DNA of 32,000 bases from Planctopirus limnophila DSM 3776 (GTDB lineage Bacteria > Planctomycetota > Planctomycetia > Planctomycetales > Planctomycetaceae). Under the pieces are notes generated by a model. The model did no database searches. It saw only the letters and a program-made list of their open reading frames with translations, and had not been told where the DNA came from. How positions within the stretch are numbered: the stretch's first letter is position 1; each line of letters begins with the position of its first letter. Shown here piece by piece: positions 26,544-32,000 of the stretch. The translations under genes were made by a program, and so were the position numbers. The stretch lies in the NCBI RefSeq assembly GCF_000092105.1, contig NC_014148.1:4380001-4412000 (forward strand). Reading direction: 5' to 3'.

Positions 26544-26603
26544 CGCATGGCGCGGCTTCTTGTTGTCGTGGCTTTCACGACAACCCGGCCACAAGTTGGC
26601 CGG
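26544..26603. repeat. Dispersed 16-mer cgcatggcgcggcttc followed by two hairpins (copy 2)
   Basis: 26544-26559 is identical to 12670-12685. It is followed by gttgtcgt-ggctttc-acgacaac (26562-26584) and ccggcca-caagt-tggccgg (26585-26603). Confidence 0.7.
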
Positions 26604-26629
26604 GCCACCCGGATCGAGATGACTCGGAC

Positions 26630-27015
26630 AGAGATACATGGTGCGCTCAGGTTCTGTGAGGCATGCTTGCTCAGTGCCGCTGTCTATTACACGTAACTTT
26701 TCACCCACCCATGGGTAGCACGACCCTGGAGCCCCAAAAATAAAAACAGTGCGAAAGGACGTGGTTCTTGCCCGGGTGGCAGGGGTCGGATGTCTTCATC
26801 CGCCCCCTGGTCAATCGATTTCCCCAGCGCAAATGCATCCGAAACATAGATTCATGTCTTTTCATGCTGTTCGTAAAAACGATCAAAGTCCAAAGAACTG
26901 GGGGCAAACGAGGACGTTTGACCCCAGCCACACTTCAAAAAGCCTTTCGGCAAAAGATGTGTAATAGACAGCTCAGAGCCGCAAGCATGGCACTCAAGGC
27001 GCAGTTGACTTGTCA
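26630..27015. repeat. REP-like 'family X' copy split by an internal insertion
   Basis: The left arm agagatacatggtgcg...aggcatgcttgctc (26630-26672) and the right arm ccgcaagcatggcactca (26979-26996) match the compact copy at 16406-16470. Here they are about 300 bp apart. Confidence 0.7.
26681..26970. mobile_element. 290-bp non-autonomous (MITE-like) insertion with 12-bp perfect terminal inverted repeats and an 11/12 flanking direct duplication
   Basis: The terminal inverted repeats are tgtctattacac (26681-26692) and gtgtaatagaca (26959-26970). The flanks are gctcagTgccgc (26669-26680) and gctcagAgccgc (26971-26982). The uninterrupted homologous site at 16445-16456 reads gctccgaaccgc. There is no convincing ORF inside. 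Confidence 0.5.
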
Positions 27016-27079
27016 AACAATCTTGAGGGGCGACGTCCGAAAGACCTGAGGCCAGCGAGGTCAGTGCGAGCGTTTGCCA

Positions 27080-27610
27080 TTACTGGCTGATGGACAGCGA
27101 CGAAGTTTGCAGCGCATAGCTGTCAGCCATGGCCAAGGTCCGATTGGCTGACTCTTCGGAGATGACTCGTTTGATGTGCCGGTGGCAGGCCATGCAGCCA
27201 CCCCCTGCACCACATGCCGAAATCACTTGCCGTACCGTCTGCAATTCACCGATCTGAACGGATTCGCGCACCTGATCTTCCGAGACTCGCAGGCAATGGC
27301 ACAGGTACCGCCTCTGGCTCACCTGAGAAACCCGGCAAGCCGACTCTCGCCCGTACGTTGAATCTGTCAGGCAGGAAGTGCTGGCACCACAAGGTGTGCT
27401 TGATCCACAGGGAGTGCTGGCTCCGCAGGTACCTTCCATCTCACAGTATTGCGGGCTGGGACACTCGGACGATTGTCCCGCGGCGAATGGTGCGGAGGAT
27501 GAATCCAGAGTCGCTGAACTCTGTGAAGAATCACAGTGACTCACCGTAGCGCAAGCCTCGGTGAGTGGCACATGACCATCATCAATGGGGAAAGAAATCG
27601 TCATGAACAA
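27080..27610 (-). CDS. BFD-like [2Fe-2S]-binding domain protein with a Cys-rich repeat N-terminal extension
   Basis: The C-terminal YLCHCLRVSEDQV...ACGAGGGCMACHRHIKRVI has the C-x-C...(33 residues)...C-x2-C spacing of bacterioferritin-associated ferredoxin. The N-terminal half has 8 further Cys, including the tandem repeat TCGASTPCGSSTPCGASTSC (27371-27427). Confidence 0.7.
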   Translation of the reverse strand: MFMTISFPIDDGHVPLTEACATVSHCDSSQSSATLDSSSAPFAAGQSSECPSPQYCEMEGTCGASTPCGSSTPCGASTSCLTDSTYGRESACRVSQVSQRRYLCHCLRVSEDQVRESVQIGELQTVRQVISACGAGGGCMACHRHIKRVISEESANRTLAMADSYALQTSSLSISQ

Positions 27611-27721
27611 ATTCAGTCCAACACAGGCGGGAGAATCAGGCTGGAGACTGCAATTGAGACTCAGTGTCAGAAGTCACCCTTGAGTATTGGGGTTCCACGA
27701 AGGATCGTCAACACCTTTACG

Positions 27722-27771
27722 AAAAAAAACAGCGATTGTTGTCAAAAATCATTCAGTCACAATCATCGCTG
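27722..27771 (-). terminator. Probable intrinsic terminator after the NRAMP-like gene
   Basis: On the minus strand: cagcg-atg-attgt, a 19-nt loop, acaat-cgctg, then U8 (the A8 run at 27722-27729 on the plus strand). The stem is 5+5 bp with a 3-nt bulge, so it is of moderate strength. Confidence 0.5.
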
Positions 27772-27833
27772 AAAATTGTCGTAACTATCAACACACAAGC
27801 GAGATGCAATCATTTTCACCAGTCGATCATCTC

Positions 27834-29360
27834 TCAGAACAGGTTGGCGACGAGCCTCGAGAGCTCACGGAATTGCTGAGGAATCATCATCGAGGCCACG
27901 AAAAAGATGGCGATCGTCGCCACCCAGAGCAGTCCATCGGTGAACCGGCTGGGCTGAAGTGCGGGGTGGATTTTCTGGTAGCGGAAGTAAATCGTCGCGG
28001 CAGCAATCATCGGCAGTGTAATCGCCTGAGCAATCCCGCCCAGTTGCACCAGCAGCTTCGGATCATGCAGCATGAAGTAGAAGACCAGCGCCAGCACAGG
28101 AAAGAAGAGACAGAACCGCTGAATGATCTTGAGCCGCACTTGTGCGACTCCGGCAGGAGCTGCACCTGCCAGAATCACAAAATCAGCCGCCAGCCGACTA
28201 TTGGCTGCGCAGGCCAGGTAAAGCGTTTTGAAGAGGACGGCCCCTGCTCCCACGAGAAACAGAATCCGCGTCCACTGGCCGAAGGGCCCGGCATACATAT
28301 CGGCCAGCGTATTGATGAGCTGGCTCCCTTCGGGATGCAGGCCCTGTGGATGCAGCACAGCAGCTCCCAGCAGATAAAACGCCACAGTCGAAATGGTGAA
28401 GACCACCATACTGACCCACGCATCGAGCTGCATGACTTTGATCCAGCCTTTCGCCCGGGCCTCCCATTCCGGCGAGCCATCACACCGGCCCACAAAGCGG
28501 GCATAGCCTTTCTCCAGGCACCAGTAGGGATAATAAAACAGCTCCGTTGCACCCACGCCGGTAATGCCAAAGACCGCAAAAGCAGTCATCATGCCTGCCG
28601 GGGGCGTTTGAAATCGAAAGCCGCTCGCCAGTTGATTCCAGGAGATCGAGTAGTCTGTCCACGCCAGAGCTGCGACAGCCAGCATGGTGATTGTCGTCAC
28701 ACTCACCACAATGATCGTGGTGAGCCATTCAATCCGCCGATAACCGCCCTGATAAATCAGCAGCATGGCTGCCAGGCAGGTGACAATCGCCCAGATCATT
28801 TCTGGACGAGCAGCAAACAACCCTTTTGCCGCAGGAACGAGATGCACAATACCCGCTGTCATCTGTTCGGAAAATCCCGGGAATGCCAGCTGTAAAACCT
28901 GCCCCACACCGCCCGTCATGCCTCCTAACTGCATGACCGTGCAGAGCATCATCCCGAACCACCACCAGACCAGCCAATGCGTCGGAAAGATGCGCCCCGG
29001 CAATTCGTTGAGCGCCCCCAGTGTGGGCTTTCCCGATGAGATGGCATATCGGCCTAATTCAACCTGCACAAAGACCTTGATCACACAGCTGAAGAGGATC
29101 AACCACAAGAAGACAAAGCCGTTTTTTGCGCCGAGAGATGTGGTGAGAATCAACTCGCCAGAGCCGACGATTGTTCCAGCGAGAATGATTCCCGGGCCAA
29201 TCTTAAGGAGTGCCGCCCCGAGTGACCTGGGCGGTTCCTGCACATCTTCCGGCGGGAGTGCATAAGGATCGTAAGCCGCAAGTTCTTCAGACATAGCCAC
29301 TCGCTGAACATCAAAGAGTTCGTTTTCTTCGAGAAGTCCACAGGAAATCCCGGCAAGCAT
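27834..29360 (-). CDS. NRAMP-like (LeuT-fold) polytopic transporter with non-canonical TM1/TM6 motifs
   Basis: It has about 11-12 TM helices. KIGPGIILAGTIVGSGELILTTSLGAKNGF aligns to the GPG...DPGN segment of NRAMP TM1, but reads GSGE (29154-29165). The TM6-equivalent segment reads FGITGVGATELFYYPYW rather than the MPH motif. The start could be ATG 29294 instead. Confidence 0.55.
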   Translation of the reverse strand: MLAGISCGLLEENELFDVQRVAMSEELAAYDPYALPPEDVQEPPRSLGAALLKIGPGIILAGTIVGSGELILTTSLGAKNGFVFLWLILFSCVIKVFVQVELGRYAISSGKPTLGALNELPGRIFPTHWLVWWWFGMMLCTVMQLGGMTGGVGQVLQLAFPGFSEQMTAGIVHLVPAAKGLFAARPEMIWAIVTCLAAMLLIYQGGYRRIEWLTTIIVVSVTTITMLAVAALAWTDYSISWNQLASGFRFQTPPAGMMTAFAVFGITGVGATELFYYPYWCLEKGYARFVGRCDGSPEWEARAKGWIKVMQLDAWVSMVVFTISTVAFYLLGAAVLHPQGLHPEGSQLINTLADMYAGPFGQWTRILFLVGAGAVLFKTLYLACAANSRLAADFVILAGAAPAGVAQVRLKIIQRFCLFFPVLALVFYFMLHDPKLLVQLGGIAQAITLPMIAAATIYFRYQKIHPALQPSRFTDGLLWVATIAIFFVASMMIPQQFRELSRLVANLF

Positions 29361-29435
29361 AACGAATCATTGATGTTTTCGCGATGCGTCTTGAACCTCG
29401 AAAGTCGCTGTCATTCCGAGACCGATCACACAGAG

Positions 29436-30401
29436 CTATCTGGCAGCTGGCGTGATCAGAAGCTGACGAAACTCGACCGGGCCATGATCTCCCTGGAGCA
29501 TCAGCGGGCCGGGCTCGCTTTCGTGGCTGTCGAGTGCTCCACCGGTAATTCCCGGGATCAGCTGACGATCGATGACCCGTGTGCCATTCAACACCACAGT
29601 CACCCGGCGGCCCACCAGTGTGACCTCCAGTTTTTGCCACTGGTCAGGCCCGAGAGCTGCATTGTCGGAAGGTGTGAGAAAGCCATAGACCCCGCCGATG
29701 TTATGACTGTCGATGGCCTTTCCCGAATGGTCTTCAATCTGCACTTCGTAGCGGCCGCGCAGGTAGATGCCGCTATTGCTGCCTTTTGGGTAACGAAATT
29801 CGGCCAGTAGCTGGAAATCTTCAAACGTCTGTTCGGTCAGCAGGTTATTCCCCGGCTTGGCATTGGTGAGGATGCCGTCAATGACCTGCCACCCATTGTC
29901 GGCCTTGGGAAACTGTGGTTTCCAGCCGGCAAGACCTTCTTTGGGAATGAGATTGATTGGCGTGCCCCAGGCGGTTGGAGGAGCATTATCGAGGGCCGGT
30001 GCTCTCTCGGCATTCCAGGTCAGGACTTCGCCCTGGCTCCCTGTGAGTTCGCCCTGCAGGAGATTTCCTTGCAGCGAACCTTTGATCTGAATGTTCTGCG
30101 AACCCCCTTCCCACTGAGGAGGAACGACGAACTGGAAACTGTTGCCATCGACGACAACTTCCGAAATCGGACGAGCCGAGCCAAACTGCCCGACATATCG
30201 ACCCACAATGGTTTTACGTCCAGATTTCTCGAACTCCAGCCACGAAGGGAACGTGGCACCATCGGCAGATTTCACAGTCACATCCCAGCGACCAATGAGC
30301 CCGGGTTTGACAGCCTGCTGAGCGACAAGAGGTTCGCTGCCGTGCATCACTGCAAGGGCGCAGATGGTCAGAATCCAGGTGGTCGTCTGTCGAAGTGTCA
30401 T
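29436..30401 (-). CDS. Secreted DUF1080 (3-keto-disaccharide hydrolase-like, concanavalin-type) domain protein with an extra N-terminal beta-rich domain
   Basis: Signal peptide MTLRQTTTWILTICALAVMHGSEPLVAQQ. The C-terminal half GWKPQF...NGWQVIDGILTN...FEDFQLLAEFRYPKGSNSGIYLRGRYEVQIED...GGVYG...WQKLEVTLVGRRVTVVLNG...PLMLQGDHGPVEFRQLLI is a textbook DUF1080 pattern. Confidence 0.8.
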   Translation of the reverse strand: MTLRQTTTWILTICALAVMHGSEPLVAQQAVKPGLIGRWDVTVKSADGATFPSWLEFEKSGRKTIVGRYVGQFGSARPISEVVVDGNSFQFVVPPQWEGGSQNIQIKGSLQGNLLQGELTGSQGEVLTWNAERAPALDNAPPTAWGTPINLIPKEGLAGWKPQFPKADNGWQVIDGILTNAKPGNNLLTEQTFEDFQLLAEFRYPKGSNSGIYLRGRYEVQIEDHSGKAIDSHNIGGVYGFLTPSDNAALGPDQWQKLEVTLVGRRVTVVLNGTRVIDRQLIPGITGGALDSHESEPGPLMLQGDHGPVEFRQLLITPAAR

Positions 30402-30615
30402 CTGGGCGAAACCTCAATGGCAGTGATCGGAAGAGAGATGGTCGGAGAATCCTCCACGACCGAATTCTCAGCGACATTGGCGAGAGTTCGCGGCACTTGT
30501 CAAGGATGTTTGCAAATGAGGTGCATTCTTCCATGCCATCGATGGAAGGATCGAAGCAGGAAAGCTGACGGAATGACTGATGTTTTTGAGCAGCTGACAA
30601 TCAATCTGCCCAGGT

Positions 30616-31443
30616 TCAGCGGTAGATCCACTCGGGTTCGCCATCGAGGCGGATTTCGAATTCTTTCTGATCAAATTCGTCGCCGGGACGCCAGTACTTC
30701 TGCATCAGAGTTTTGTGCTGCACCAGTGGCTGTCCGTCGGGCCCCTCAATGGTACGAATCCCATTGGAAAATCCGGTGAGATAAACCGTATAGCGTTTGG
30801 CCTTCGGATTCACGTTGCGAAAAATCGCCACACCAGAGATCGCCTGCTCATCGGGTGATTTGGGCTCTGCGGCGGGAGGAATCGGAGCGACCGCTTCCAC
30901 AGAATTCTGGAAGGTGAACTTTTCGCGTTTGTTGATGGCAGCCAGTGCTTCGGGGCTAATGGTATCCTGGATCACTTCGGGAGTTTCCGATTGTGTCACC
31001 AATGTGAATTCGGGAACGAACATGGGTGGCAGAACGGGCGGATCAAACTCGTTGACAGGCTGGTTGTCGACTTCCCGTTGAGCGATCGGACGATTGAAGG
31101 CGCGATACGTCATGTACCAGATGTATTCGGGCTTCTTTTCACCCGTTTTTGGATCTGTCACTTCGACCACGATCTGCCGCATGGGTTTGAAAGCGATATC
31201 CATGACCCACAGATCACTCTGGGCCACACGTTCTTCGGCTGTCGAAACACCTTTGACGAGTTGCTCGCCACCCAGCAGCACCTGGGCTGATACCTCTTGC
31301 GTGAAAAGCAGGCCTGTGCTGAGTGCAGTCACAGCCAGCAGGCTTCTCACAGCTTTTCCAGCCCATGGGGCAGAGCCAACAATTGTGTTCACGAGAGAGT
31401 TCGCCCGGCAGATTGCTGTCTGGTCGTTATTCAAGCGTGTCAT
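30616..31443 (-). CDS. Hypothetical secreted protein
   Basis: The frame is long and clean, with a hydrophobic signal-like segment AVRSLLAVTALSTGLLFTQEVSAQ after a ~30-aa N-region. The composition is globular and I recognise no motif. Confidence 0.55.
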   Translation of the reverse strand: MTRLNNDQTAICRANSLVNTIVGSAPWAGKAVRSLLAVTALSTGLLFTQEVSAQVLLGGEQLVKGVSTAEERVAQSDLWVMDIAFKPMRQIVVEVTDPKTGEKKPEYIWYMTYRAFNRPIAQREVDNQPVNEFDPPVLPPMFVPEFTLVTQSETPEVIQDTISPEALAAINKREKFTFQNSVEAVAPIPPAAEPKSPDEQAISGVAIFRNVNPKAKRYTVYLTGFSNGIRTIEGPDGQPLVQHKTLMQKYWRPGDEFDQKEFEIRLDGEPEWIYR

Positions 31444-31827
31444 GCAAAGCTCCGATCAGCAGATCCTGTGCGGGTCTGGCTGTCTCACAATCAGTCATAG
31501 CGAGGAAATGTCTGCGAAACCCGATTGACCTGACTTCTGACCTGAGCAGAGTAGTCAACCAATCTCACTCAGTTTCAAGGTGGACGATCTTCCTAGATAT
31601 AGAAACGTCAGCCAGAGGGGGTCAAGCCGCGATCGTCGCAACTCCTCTCGAATTGCAGAGTTCCTGCGGGTGTGGAACCGGTCGTAGCTGGATTTCCTGA
31701 AAATCGGTGCTGTCTCTACGGATTTTTGAACGGATCGGCTGGTCGATCCCCACTTCTATAGTGTGGAGCCTGGCTGGAGAGCATGCCAGTTCAAATTCTG
31801 TCGATGACAACGATTTTGCGGGGCGCA

Positions 31828-32000
31828 ATGATGCGACTGACTTTACGGACACTTCTGGCTTATCTGGATGATGTGTTGCCACCCGCTGCAGCGAAAGCCC
31901 TGGGAGAGCGGATTCGCGAAAGTGATGACGTCCAGCAACTTGTCAGCCGCATTCGAGAAGTGATCCGCAAGCGGCGTCTGAACGCCCCCGCGATCTTTCC
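31828..32000 (+). CDS. 5' end of a hypothetical protein (N-terminal MMRLTLRTLLAYLDDVLPP... helix), truncated by the window edge
   Basis: Hand translation from ATG 31828/31831 (or 31783) stays open to the window end: MMRLTLRTLLAYLDDVLPPAAAKALGERIRESDDVQQLVSRIREVIRKRRLNAPAIF. The L-x-AYLDD-x-L segment resembles the N-terminal helix of anti-sigma-like proteins but lacks the zinc-binding Cys/His. It is missing from the ORF track because no stop is in the window. Confidence 0.45.
   Translation, partial: MMRLTLRTLLAYLDDVLPPAAAKALGERIRESDDVQQLVSRIREVIRKRRLNAPAIF

Noticed and set aside
26701-26931. 76-aa minus-strand ORF inside the 290-bp MITE-like segment
   Set aside because: It is Arg/Trp/His/Pro-rich with no RBS or motif and is far too small for a transposase. 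I considered a retron-like ncRNA because of the flanking inverted repeats, but no reverse transcriptase is nearby.
27687-28895. 402-aa ORF on the plus strand, one of the longest in the track
   Set aside because: It lies entirely antisense to the NRAMP-like gene. Its translation is Arg/His/Gln/Cys-rich with no hydrophobic helices or motifs, while the opposite strand encodes a coherent 11-12 TM transporter. It is a shadow ORF.
30528-30548. 7-bp hairpin cttccat-gccatcg-atggaag between ORF 30616-31443 and the DUF1080 gene
   Set aside because: The stem is short and there is no U-run on the minus strand. That is insufficient for a terminator call.
30069-30779. 236-aa plus-strand ORF
   Set aside because: It overlaps the DUF1080 gene (antisense), an intergenic region and the 3' end of ORF 30616-31443. 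Its composition is Arg-rich and there is no start context.
1-32000. CRISPR arrays, rRNA, integrases/transposases, toxin-antitoxin or known defence genes
   Set aside because: I scanned the intergenic regions and the ORF translations. The only tandem repeats are the 2 x 17 bp at 1110-1143 and the coding 18-bp repeats at 27371-27427. No ORF has recombinase, nuclease, reverse-transcriptase or helicase signatures.

Overview
The window looks like a chromosomal fragment from a Planctomycetota-type genome. This is inferred from two prepilin-type DUF1559/H-X9-DG paralogs, a formylglycine-type sulfatase, a DUF1080 protein, a Tat-signal xylose-isomerase-like TIM-barrel protein, and a giant membrane Ser/Thr kinase. 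No database search was possible, and all calls come from reading the ORF translations and the DNA by eye. Gene content in order:
- a truncated APC amino-acid permease (minus strand, 1-1076)
- a co-directional ~9 kb type II secretion / type IV pilus-like module (1419-10288), made of a GspE-family ATPase, three consecutive GspF/PilC-like platform paralogs, three small ATGA-coupled pilin-like ORFs, and a DUF1559/H-X9-DG prepilin
- a 598-aa secreted protein of unknown family
- a GT39/ArnT-like glycosyltransferase
- a sulfatase
- an 899-aa secreted alpha/beta-hydrolase fusion (minus)
- a ~0.9 kb ORF-poor spacer
- a 1373-aa Ser/Thr kinase with a ~950-aa extracytoplasmic region
- a second DUF1559 prepilin
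- the TIM-barrel protein
- a minus-strand array of a secreted hypothetical, DUF1080, an NRAMP-like transporter with non-canonical metal-site motifs, and a Cys-repeat BFD-like [2Fe-2S] protein
- the start of one more gene at the right edge.
The best candidate for an undescribed system is the pseudopilus module. It has no secretin or prepilin peptidase in the window, it has three platform paralogs, and it is physically tied to the functionally unknown H-X9-DG prepilin family. The intergenic DNA also holds several short repeat families. One is a 126-bp unit with perfect 25-bp inverted termini. Another is a REP-like hairpin family, one copy of which is interrupted by a 290-bp MITE-like insertion with 12-bp terminal inverted repeats and an 11/12 direct duplication. 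I found no rRNA, tRNA, CRISPR array, transposase or integrase.
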